This document shows, one piece after another, positions 9,380 through 22,000 of a stretch of DNA of 64,000 nucleotides (its first letter is position 1; each line of letters opens with the position of its first letter). Origin of the DNA: Antedon mediterranea (lineage: Eukaryota; Animalia; Echinodermata); the NCBI RefSeq assembly GCF_964355755.1, contig NC_092676.1:13192771-13256770 (forward strand), in the 5' to 3' direction. The notes below the pieces were generated by a model. It searched no databases and was not told the origin of the DNA. It saw only the letters and a list, made by a program, of their open reading frames with translations. The position numbers and the translations under genes are program-made.

Positions 9380-9668
9380 TAATTTCTTCCGAGTAAAAAT
9401 ACCAAAGGAAGAATCGTTTGTGTCAATGGGGTTCACTCTATTAGTATAGTTTATCGGTCAGTTTCCCATGACTTTATGTAAACTGTTTGGATGGGATGAC
9501 CATGAAGCTACCGATTTATGATATCCTCAGGGTAGAATGGTATTCAAAGTATGACTGGTAAACTCATTAAATTCTAGGCGTGTGGTTTAATTCTGAAGCA
9601 CGACATTCGCTTCATAACCGTCTCCGGACAAACATCGCATTTATTAAGTTTGCTGTATAAAATAATTT
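9376..9668 (+). repeat. Split direct repeat A2
   Basis: Copy of A1 directly abutting B1 at GTCAC-AAAA-TAATTTC. Confidence 0.95.
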
Positions 9669-9720
9669 CCCGCCTCCACCCCTTACTCCACCGGTGTTAT
9701 CGTACGGTGTTTTATAAGTT

Positions 9721-10021
9721 TGGCCTTTTTGGCACCCACGATGATAAGCATGTATCATTATATCATTATATTTTATTTTATATTAATTTAAACTACTGTG
9801 TTAACTACAGTTTTGATTTCAATGTTTATGTTTCTATTCGATCAATTATTATTATACATGTTTAACCTGTAATTTAAGGGCAGAGAGTGAACCCACATTT
9901 CGTAGGGAAGATCAATTCTCTCGTAATTTTTATTGCTTCCCTACTTTGCGTCATTATCAAATAAAATGGCATTTGACACTAAACTTGTTTCGTATTTTTG
10001 TGAGAGCCAGTTGTCACAAAA
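9721..10021 (+). repeat. Split direct repeat B2 (right terminus of the element)
   Basis: Copy of B1 ending GTTGTCACAAAA, after which the satellite resumes. Confidence 0.95.
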
Positions 10022-13000
10022 AATGTTTTGAGAGATGTTTTAGAACAATTTTGTGCATTTAGAAAAAATTTGTTAACATAAAAAGACCAAAGTGTTTAGA
10101 ATATCTCCAAATCGCATTTGGAGACGTTTTAGACCATTTTGTGCATTTCGAAAAAATTTGTTAACATAAAAAGACCAAAGTGTTTAGAATATCTCCAAAT
10201 CGCATTTGGAGACGTTTTAGACCATTTTGTGCATTTCGATGAAACTTGGTTACACAAAAACATCAAAGTGCTTAAAATCACATTTAAAACCGTTTTAGAG
10301 CGTTTTGAGCATTTCGATAAACTTTTCACACAAAAACATCGGAGTGCACAAAATAGCTTCAAATCGCATTTAGAGATGTTTTAGACCATTTTGTGCATTT
10401 CGATAAAACTTTTCACACAAAAACATCAAATTGCACAAAATAGCTTAATATCGTGTTTGAAATCGTTTTAAACCATTTTGAGCATGTCGATAAAACTTTT
10501 CACACAAAAACATCAAAGTGCACAGAATATCTTCAAATCGCATTTAGAGACGTTTTAGACCATTTTGTGCATTTCGAAAAAATTTGTTAACATAAAAAGA
10601 CCAAAGTGTTTAGAATATCTCCAAATGCGATTTGGAGACGTTTTAGACCATTTTGTGATTTTCGAAAAACTTTTCACACAAAAACATCAAAGTGTAGAAA
10701 ATTGCTTCAAATCGCAAAAAAAATGTTTTGAGAGATGTTTTAGAACAATTTTGTGCATTTAGAAAAAATTTGTTAACATAAAAAGACCAAAGTGTTTAGA
10801 ATATCTCCAAATCGCATTTGGAGACGTTTTAGACCATTTTGTGCATTTCGAAAAAATTTGTTAACATAAAAAGACCAAAGTGTTTAGAATATCTCCAAAT
10901 CGCATTTGGAGACGTTTTAGACCATTTTGTGCATTTCGATGAAACTTGGTTACACAAAAACATCAAAGTGCTTAAAATCACATTTAAAACCGTTTTAGAG
11001 CGTTTTGAGCATTTCGATAAACTTTTCACACAAAAACATCAGAGTGCACAAAATAGCTTCAAATCGCATTTAGAGATGTTTTAGACCATTTTGTGCATTT
11101 CGATAAAACTTTTCACACAAAAACATCAAATTGCACAAAATAGCTTAATATCGTGTTTGAAATCGTTTTAAACCATTTTGAGCATGTCGATAAAACTTTT
11201 CACACAAAAACATCAAAGTGCACAGAATATCTTCAAATCGCATTTAGAGACGTTTTAGACCATTTTGTGCATTTCGAAAAAATTTGTTAACATAAAAAGA
11301 CCAAAGTGTTTAGAATATCTCCAAATCGCATTTGGAGACGTTTTAGACCATTTTGTGCATTTCGATGAAACTTGGTTACACAAAAACATCAAAGTGCTTA
11401 AAATCACATTTGAAACCGTTTTAGAGCATTTTGAGCATTTCGATAAAACTTTTCACACAAAAACATCAAAGTGTACAAAATAGCTTCAAATCACATTTAA
11501 AACCGTTTTAGACCATTTTGAGCATTTCGATAAAACTTTTCACACAAAAACATCAAAGTGTACAAAATAGCTTCAAATCGCATTTGGAGACGTTTTAGAC
11601 CATTTTGTGCATTTCGATGAAACTTGGTTACACAAAAACATCAAAGTGCTTAAAATCACATTTGAAACCGTTTTAGAGCATTTTTAGCATTTCGATAATA
11701 CTTTTCACACAAAAACATCAAAGTGTACAAAATAGCTTCAAATCGCATTTGGAAACGTTTTAGACCATTTTGTGCATTTCGATGAAACTTGGTTACACAA
11801 AAACATCAAAGTGCTTAAAATCACATTTGAAACCGTTTTAGACCATTTTGAGCATTTCGATAAAACTTTTCACACAAAAAAATCAAAGTGCACAAAATAG
11901 CTTCAAATCGCATTTGGAGACGTTTTAGACTATTTTGTGCATTTCGAAAAAATTTGTTAACATAAAAAGACCAAAGTGTTTAGAATATCTCCAAATCGCA
12001 TTTGGAGACGTTTTAAACCATTTTGTGCATTTCGATGGAACTTGGTTACACAAAAACATCAAAGTGCTTAAAATCACATTTAAAACCGTTTTAGAGCATT
12101 TTGAGCATTTCGATAAAACTTTTCACACAAAAACATCAAAGTGTACAAAATAGCTTCAAATCGCATTTAGAGAGGTTTTAGACCATTTTGTGCATTTCGA
12201 TAAAACTTTTCACACAAAAACATCAAAGTGTACAAAATAGCTTCAAATCGCATTTGGAGACGTTTTAGACCATTTTGTGCATTTCGATGAAACTTGGTTA
12301 CACAAAAACATCAAAGTGCTTAAAATTACATTTGAAAGCGTTTTAGAGCATTTTGAGCATTTCGATAATACTTTTCACACAAAAACATCAAAGTGTACAA
12401 AATAGCTTCAAATCGCATTTGGAGACGTATTAGACCATTTTGTGCATTTCGATGAAACTTGGTTACACAAAAACATCAAAGTGCTTAAAATCACATTTGA
12501 AACCGTTTTAGACCATTTTGAGCGTTTCGATAAAACTTTTCACACAAAAACATCAAAGTGCACAAAATAGCTTCAAATCGCATTTGGAGACGTTTTAGAC
12601 TATTTTGTGCATTTCGAAAAAATTTGTTAACATAAAAAGACCAAAGTGTTTAGAATATCTCCAAATCGCATTTGGAGACGTTTTAAACCATTTTGTGCAT
12701 TTCGATGGAACTTGGTTACACAAAAACATCAAAGTGCTTAAAATCACATTTAAAACCGTTTTAGACCATTTTGTGCATTTCGATGGAACTTGGTTACACA
12801 AAAACATCAAAGTGCTTAAAATCACATTTAAAACCGTTTTAGAGCATTTTGAGCATTTCGATAAAACTTTTCACACAAAAACATCAAAGTGTACAAAATA
12901 GCTTCAAATCGCATTTAGAGAGGTTTTATACCATTTTGTGCATTTCGATAAAACTTTTCACACAAAAACATCAAAGTGTACAAAATAGCTTCAAATCGCA

Positions 13001-16000
13001 TTTAGAGACGTTTTAGACCATTTTGTGCATTTTGATAAAACTTTTCACACAAAAACATCAAATTGCACAAAATAGCTTAATATTGTGTTTGAAAACGTTT
13101 TAAACCATTTTGAGCATGTCGATAAAACTTTTCACACAAAAATATCAAAGTGCCCAGAATATCTTCAAATCGCATTTAGAGACGTTTTAGACCATTTTGT
13201 GCATTTCGAAAAAATTTGTTAACATAAAAAGACCAAAGTGTTTAGATTATCTCCAAATTGCATTTGGAGACGTTTTAGACCATTTTGTGTTTTTCGAAAA
13301 AACTTTTCACACAAAAACATCAAAGTGTACACAATTCCTTCAAATCGCATTTAGAGAGGTTTTAGACCATTTTGTGCATTTCGATAAAACTTTTCACACA
13401 AAAACATCAAAGTGCACAGAATATCTTAATACCGTGTCTGAAATCGTTTTAAACCATTTTGAGCATGTTGATAAAACTTTTCACACAAAAACATCAAAGT
13501 GCACAGAATATCTTCAAATCGCATTTAGAGACGTTTTAGACCATTTTGTGCATTTCGAAAAAATTTGTTAACATAAAAAGACCAAAGTGTTTAGAATATC
13601 TCCAAATCGCATTTGGAGACGTTTTAGACCATTTTGTGCATTTCGATGAAACTTGGTTACACAAAAACATCAAAGTGCTTAAAATCACATTTGAAACCGT
13701 TTTAGAGCATTTTGAGCATTTCGATAAAACTTTTCACACAAAAACATCAAAGTGTACAAAATAGCTTCAAATCTCATTTAGAGACGTTTTAGACCATTTT
13801 GTGCATTTCGAAAAAATTTGTTAACATAAAAAGACCAAAGTGTTTAGAATATCTCCAAATCGCATTTGGAGACGTTTTAGACCATTTTGTGCATTTCGAT
13901 GAAACTTGGTTACACAAAAACATCAAAGTGCTTAAAATCACATTTGAAACCGTTTTAGAGCATTTTTAGCATTTCGATAATACTTTTCACACAAAAACAT
14001 CAAAGTGTACAAAATAGCTTCAAATCGCATTTGGAGACGTTTTAGACCATTTTGTGCATTTCGATGAAACTTGGTTACACAAAAACATGACAGTGCTTAA
14101 AATCACATTTGAAACCGTTTTAGACCATTTTGAGCATTTCGATAAAACTTTTCACACAAAAAAATCAAAGTGCACAAAATAGCTTCAAATCGCATTTGGA
14201 GACGTTTTAGACTATTTTGTGCATTTTGAAAAAATTTGTTAACATAAAAAGACCAAAGTGTTTAGAATATCTCTAAATCGCATTTGGAGACGTTTTAAAC
14301 CATTTTGTGCATTTCGATGGAACTTGGTTACACAAAAACATCAAAGTGCTTAAAATCACATTTAAAACCGTTTTAGAGCATTTTGAGCATTTCGATAAAA
14401 CTTTTCACACAAAAACATCAAATTGCACAAAATAGCTTAATACCGTGTTTGAAATCGTTTTAAACCATTTTGAGCATGTCGATAAAACTTTACACAAAAA
14501 AACATCAAAGTGCACAGAATAGCTTCAAATCGCATTTGGAGACGTTTTAAACCATTTTGTGCATTTCGATAAAACTTTTCACATAAAAACAACAAAGTGT
14601 ACAAAATAGCTTCAAATCGCATTTAGAGACGTTTTAGACCATTTTGGGCATTTCGATGAAACTTGGTTACACAAATACATAAAAATGCTTAAAATCACAT
14701 TTCAAACCGTTTTAGAGCATTTTGAGCATTTCGATAAAACTTTTCACACAAAAACATCAAAGTGCACAAAATAGCTTCAAATCGCATTTAGAGATGTTTT
14801 AGACCATTTTGTGCAATTCGATAAAACTTTTCACACAAAAACATCAAATTGCACAAAATAGCTTAATATCGTGTTTGAAAACGTTTTAGACCATTTTGAG
14901 CATGTCGATAAAACTTTTCACACAAAAACATAAAAGTGAACAGAATAGCTTCAAATTGCATTTGGAGACGTTTTAGAGCATTTTGTGCATTTCGATAAAA
15001 TGTGTTAACATAAAAAGACCAAAGTGTTTAGAATATCTTCAAATCACATTTGGAGACGTTTTAGACCATTTTTTGCATTTCGATGAAACTTGGTTACACA
15101 AAAACATCAAAGTGCTTAAAATCACATTTAAAACCGTTTTAGAGCATTTTGAGCATTTCGATAAAACTTTTCACACAAAAACATCAAAGTGTACAAAATA
15201 GCTTCAAATCGCATTTAGAGAGGTTTTAGACCATTTTGTGCATTTCGATAAAACTTTTCACACAAAAACATCAAAGTGTACAAAATAACTTCAAATCGTA
15301 TTTAGAGACGTTTTAGACCATTTTGTGCATTTTGATAAAACTTTTCACACAAAAACATCAAATTGCACAAAATAGCTTAATATCGTGTTTGAAAACGTTT
15401 TAAACCATTTTGAGCATGTCGATAAAACTTTTCACACAAAAATATCAAAGTGCACAGAATATCTTCAAATCGCATTTAGAGACGTTTTAGACCATTTTGT
15501 GCATTTCGAAAAAATTTGTTAACATAAAAAGACCAAAGTGTTTAGAATATCTCCAAATCGCATTTGGAGACGTTTTAGACCATTTTGTGTTTTTCGAAAA
15601 AACTTTCACACAAAAACATCAAAGTGTAGAAAATTGCTTCAAATCGCATTTAGAGATGTTTTAGACCATTTTGTGCATTTCGAAAAAATGTGTTAACATA
15701 AAAAGACCAAATTGTTTAGAATATCTCCAAATCGCATTTGGAGACGTTTTAGACCATTTTGTGCATTTCGATGACACTTGGTTACACAAAAACATCAAAG
15801 TGCTTAAAATCACATTTAAAACCGTTTTAGAGCGTTTTGAGCATTTCGATAAACTTTTCAAACAAAAACATCAAAGTGTACAAAATAGCTTCAAATCGTA
15901 TTTGGAGACGTTTTAGACCATTTTGTGCGTTTCGATGAATCTTGGTTACACAAAAACATCAAAGTGCTTAAAATCACATTTAAAACCGTTTTAGTGCATT

Positions 16001-19000
16001 TTGAGCATTTCGATAAAACTTTTCACACAAAAACATCAAATTGCACAAAATAGCTTAATATCGTGTTTGAAAACGTTTTAGACCATTTTGAGCATGTCGA
16101 TAAAACTTTTCACACAAAAACATAAAAGTGAACAGAATAGCTTCAAATTGCATTTGGAGACGTTTTAGAGCATTTTGTGCATTTCTATAAAATGTGTTAA
16201 CATAAAAAGACCAAAGTGTTTAGAATATCTTCAAATCACATTTGGAGACGTTTTAGACCATTTTTTGCATTTCGATGAAACTTGGTTACACAAAAACATC
16301 AAAGTGCTTAAAATCACATTTAAAAGCGTTTTAGAGCATTTTGAGCATGTCGATAAAACTTTTCACACAAAAATATCAAAGTGCACAGAATATCTTCAAA
16401 TCGCATTTAGAGACGTTTTAGACCATTTTGTGCATTTCGAAAAAATTTGTTAACATAAAAAAACCAAAGTGTTTAGAATATCTCCAAATCGCATTTGGAG
16501 ACGTTTTAGACCATTTTGTGTTTTTCGAAAAAACTTTTCACACAAAAACATCAAAGTGTACAAAATTCCTTCAAATCGCATTTGGAGACGTTTTAGACCA
16601 TTTTGTGATTTTCGAAAAACTTTTCACACAAAAACATCAAAGTGTAGAAAATTGCTTCAAATCGCATTTAGAGATGTTTTAGACCATTTTGTGCATTTCG
16701 AAAAAATTTGTTAACATAAAAAGACCAAAGTGTTTAGAATATCTCCAAATCGCATTTGGAGACGTTTTAGACCATTTTGTGCATTTCGATGACACTTGGT
16801 TACACAAAAACATCAAAGTGCTTAAAATCACATTTAAAACCGTTTTAGAGCGTTTTGAGCATTTCGATAAACTTTTCAAACAAAAACATCAAAGTGTACA
16901 AAATAGCTTCAAATCGTATTTGGAGACGTTTTAGACCATTTTGTGCGTTTCGATGAATCTTGGTTACATAAAAACATCAAAGTGCTTAAAATCACATTTA
17001 AAACCGTTTTAGTGCATTTTGAGCATTTCGATAAAACTTTTCACACAAAAACATCAAAGTGCACAAAATAGCTTCAAATCGCATTTAGAGATGTTTTAGA
17101 CCATTTTGTGCGTTTCGATAAAACTTTTCACACAAAAACATCAAAGTGCACAAAATAGCTTCAAATCGCATTTAGAGATGTTTTAGACCATTTTGTGCGT
17201 TTCGATAAAACTATTCACACAAAAACATCAAATTGCACAAAATAGCTTCAAATCGCATTTGGAGACGTTTTAGACCATTTTGTGCATTTCGAAAAAACTT
17301 TTTAACATAAAAACACCAAAGTGCTTAGAATAGCTTCAAATCGCATTTGGAGACGTTTTAAACCATTTTGTGCATTTCGATGAAACTTGGTTACACAAAA
17401 ACATCAAAGTGCTTAAAATCACATTTGAAACCGTTTTAGAGCATTTTGAGCATTTCGATAAAACTTTTCACACAAAAACATCAAAGTGTACAAAATAGCT
17501 TCAAATCACATTTGAAACCGTTTTAGACCATTTTGAGCATTTCGATAAAACTTTTCACACAAAAACATCAAAGTGTACAAAATAGCTTCAAATCGCATTT
17601 GGAGACGTTTTAGACCATTTTGTGCATTTCGATGAAACTTGGTTACACAAAAACATCAAAGTGCTTAAAATTACATTTGAAAGCGTTTTAGAGCATTTTG
17701 AGCATTTCGATAATACTTTTCACACAAAAACATCAAAGTGTACAAAATAGCTTCAAATCGCATTTGGAGACGTTTTAGACCATTTTGTGCATTTCGATGA
17801 AACTTGGTTACACAAAAACATCAAAGTGCTTAAAATCACATTTGAAACCGTTTTAGAGCATTTTGAGCATTTCGATAAAACTTTTCACACAAAAACATCA
17901 AAGTGTACAAAATAGCTTCAAATCGCATTTAGAGAGGTTTTAGACCATTTTGTGCATTTCGATAAAACTTTTCACACAAAAACATCAAAGTGTACAAAAT
18001 AGCTTCAAATCGCATTTAGAGACGTTTTAGACCATTTTGTGCATTTCGATAAAACTTTTCACACAAAAACATCAAATTGCACAACATAGCTTAATACCGT
18101 GTTTGTAATCGTTTTAAACCATTTTGAGCATGTCGATAAAACTTTTTACAAAAAAACATCAAAGTGCACAGAATAGCTTCAAATCGCATTTGGAGACGTT
18201 TTAAACCATTTTGTGCATTTCGATAAAACTTTTCACATAAAAACAACAAAGTGTACAGAATAGCTTCAAATCGCATTTGGAGACGTTTTAGACCATTTTG
18301 TGCATTTCGATGAAACTTGGTTACACAAAAACATCAAAGTGCTTAAAATCACATTTGAAACCGTTTTAGAGCATTTTTAACATTTCGATAATACTTTTCA
18401 CACAAAAACATCAAATTGCACAAAATAGCTTCAAATCACATTTGGAGACGTTTTAGACCATTTTGTGCATTTCGATGAAACTTGGTTACACAAAAACATC
18501 AAAGTGCTTAAAATCACATTTGAAACCGTTTTAGAGCATTTTGAGCATTTCGATAAAACTTTTCACACAAAAAAATCAAACTGCACAAAATAGCTTCAAA
18601 TCGTATTTGGAGAGGTTTTAGACCATTTTGTGCATTTCGATAAAACTTTTCACACAAAAACATCAAAGTGTACAAAATAGCTTCAAATCGCATTTAGAGA
18701 CGTTTTAGACCATTTTGTGCATTTCGATAAAACTTTTCACACAAAAACATCAAATTGCACAAAATAGCTTAATATCGTGTTTGAAAACGTTTTAAACCAT
18801 TTTGAGCATGTCGATAAAACTTTTCACAAAAAAATATCAAAGTGCACAGAATATCTTCAAATCGCATTTAGAGACGTTTTAGACCATTTTGTGCATTTCG
18901 ATGAAACTTGGTTACACAAAAACATCAAAGTGCTTAAAATCACATTTAAAACCGTTTTAGAGCGTTTTGAGCATTTCGATAAACTTTTTACACAAAAACA

Positions 19001-22000
19001 TCAAAGTGCACAAAATAGCTTCAAATCGCATTTAGAGATGTTTTAGACCATTTTGTGCATTTCGATAAAACTTTTCACACAAAAACATCAAATTGCACAA
19101 AATAGCTTAATACCGTGTTTGAAATCATTTTAAACCATTTTGAGCATGTCGATAAAACTTTTCACACAAAAACATCAAAGTGCACAGAATATCTTCAAAT
19201 CGCATTTAGAGACGTTTTAGACCATTTTGTGCATTTCGAAAAAATTTGTTAACATAAAAAGACCAAAGTGTTTAGAATATCTCCAAATCGCATTTGGAGA
19301 CGTTTTAGACCATTTTGTGCATTTCGATGAAACTTGGTTACACAAAAACATCAAAGTGCTTAAAATCACATTTGAAACCGTTTTAGAGCATTTTGAGCAT
19401 TTCGATAAAACTTTTCACACAAAAACATCAAATGTACAAAATAGCTTCAAATCACATTTGAAACCGTTTTAGACCATTTTGAGCATTTCGATAAAACTTT
19501 TCACACAAAAACATCAAAGTGTACAAAATAGCTTCAATTCGCATTTTGAGACGTTTTAGACCATTTTGTGCATTTCGATGAAACTTGGTTACACAAAAAC
19601 ATCAAAGTGCTTAAAATCACATTTGAATCCGTTTTAGAGCATTTTTAGCATTTCGATAATACTTTTCACACAAAAACATCAAAGTGCACAAAATAGCTTC
19701 AAATCGCATTTGGGGACGTTTTAGACTATTTTGTACATTTCGAAAAAATTTGTTAACATAAAAAGACCAAAGTGTTTAGAATATCTCCAATTCGCATTTG
19801 GAGACGTTTTAAACCATTTTGTGCATTTCGATGGAACTTGGTTACACAAAAACATCAAAGTGCTTAAAATCACATTTAAAACCGTTTTAGAGCATTTTTA
19901 GCATTTTGTTAAAACTTTTCACACAAAAACATCAAAGTGTACAAAATAGCTTCAAATCGCATTTGGAGACGTTTTAGACCATTTTGTGCATTTCGATGAA
20001 ACTTGGTTACACAAAAACATGAAATTGCTTAAAATCACATTTGAAACCGTTTTAGACCATTTTGAGCATTTCGATAAAACTTTTCACACAAAAAAATCAA
20101 AGTGCACAAAATAGCTTCAAATCGCATTTGGAGACGTTTTAGACTATTTTGTGCATTTTGAACAAATTTGTTAACATAAAAAGACCAAAGTGTTTAGAAT
20201 ATCTCCAAATCGCATTTGGAGACGTTTTAAACCATTTTGTGCATTTCGATGGAACTTGGTTACACAAAAACATCAAAGTGCTTAAAATCACATTTAAAAC
20301 CGTTTTAGAGCATTTTGAGCATTTCGATAAAACTTTTCACACAAAAACATCAAATTGCACAAAATAGCTTAATACCGTGTTTGAAATCGTTTTAAACCAT
20401 TTTGAGCATGTCGATAAAACTTTACACAAAAAAACATCAAAGTGCACAGAATAGCTTCAAATCGCATTTGGAGACGTTTTAAACCATTTTGTGCATTTCG
20501 ATATTCATATATATTCATATTCACATAAAAACAACAAAGTGTACAAAATAGCTTCAAATCGCATTTAGAGACGTTTTAGACCATTTTGGGCATTTCGATG
20601 AAACTTGGTTACACAAATACATAAAAATGCTTAAAATCACATTTCAAACCGTTTTAGAGCATTTTGAGCATTTCGATAAAACTTTTCACACAAAAACATC
20701 AAAGTGCACAAAATAGCTTCAAATCGCATTTAGAGATGTTTTAGACCATTTTGTGCAATTCGATAAAACTTTTCACACAAAAACATCAAATTGCACAAAA
20801 TAGCTTAATATCGTGTTTGAAAACGTTTTAGACCATTTTGAGCATGTCGATAAAACTTTTCACACAAAAACATAAAAGTGAACAGAATAGCTTCAAATTG
20901 CATTTGGAGACGTTTTAGAGCATTTTGTGCATTTCGATAAAATGTGTTAACATAAAAAGACCAAAGTGTTTAGAATATCTTCAAATCACATTTGGAGACG
21001 TTTTAGACCATTTTTTGCATTTCGATGAAACTTGGTTACACAAAAACATCAAAGTGCTTAAAATCACATTTAAAACCGTTTTAGAGCATTTTGAGCATTT
21101 CGATAAAACTTTTCACACAAAAACATCAAAGTGTACAAAATAGCTTCAAATCGCATTTAGAGAGGTTTTAGACCATTTTGTGCATTTCGATAAAACTTTT
21201 CACACAAAAACATCAAAGTGTACAAAATAACTTCAAATCGTATTTAGAGACGTTTTCGACCATTTTGTGCATTTTGATAAAACTTTTCACACAAAAACAT
21301 CAAATTGCACAAAATAGCTTAATATCGTGTTTGAAAACGTTTTAAACCATTTTGAGCATGTCGATAAAACTTTTCACACAAAAATATCAAAGTGCACAGA
21401 ATATCTTCAAATCGCATTTAGAGACGTTTTAGACCATTTTGTGCATTTCGAAAAAATTTGTTAACATAAAAAAACCAAAGTGTTTAGAATATCTCCAAAT
21501 CGCATTTGGAGACGTTTTAGACCATTTTGTGTTTTTCGAAAAAACTTTTCACACAAAAACATCAAAGTGTACAAAATTCCTTCAAATCGCATTTGGAGAC
21601 GTTTTAGACCATTTTGTGATTTTCGAAAAACTTTTCACACAAAAACATCAAAGTGTAGAAAATTGCTTCAAATCGCAATTAGAGATGTTTTAGACCATTT
21701 TGTGCATTTCGAAAAAATTTGTTAACATAAAAAGACCAAAGTGTTTAGAATATCTCCAAATCGCATTTGGAGACGTTTTAGACCATTTTGTGCATTTCGA
21801 TGACACTTGGTTACACAAAAACATCAAAGTGCTTAAAATCACATTTAAAACCGTTTTAGAGCGTTTTGAGCATTTCGATAAACTTTTCAAACAAAAACAT
21901 CAAAGTGTACAAAATAGCTTCAAATCGTATTTGGAGACGTTTTAGACCATTTTGTGCGTTTCGATGAATCTTGGTTACACAAAAACATCAAAGTGCTTAA

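Larger units (their letters stand above)
3506..10021 (+). mobile_element. Full-length Ngaro-like tyrosine-recombinase retrotransposon (order DIRS) with split direct repeats
   Basis: A1-[SGNH, gag, RT/RH, YR]-B1-A2-spacer-B2 architecture, no methyltransferase domain and no TSD. Net insertion is 6511 bp, from the offsets to the empty paralogous site at 43216 (39711 on the left, 33200 on the right). Split direct repeats plus a YR are diagnostic of the Ngaro/PAT groups; lack of MT and presence of a hydrolase favour Ngaro. Exact ends lie within A-runs. Confidence 0.93.

Noticed and set aside
3506-9668. Reading A1/A2 as the LTRs of a Gypsy or Copia element
   Set aside because: No TG...CA ends, PBS, DDE integrase, protease or TSD. 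The B1/B2 pair and the YR define split direct repeats instead.
9017-9865. ORFs 9017-9223 and 9650-9865
   Set aside because: Low-complexity translations of repeat B with TTG starts; their similarity only reflects the B1/B2 duplication.
10711-10735. Empty A8 sites as excision footprints of the element
   Set aside because: The extra TGTTTTG bases do not come from the element ends, and the variant is shared by a distant paralogous block, so a pre-existing variant is simpler. Precise excision cannot be formally excluded.
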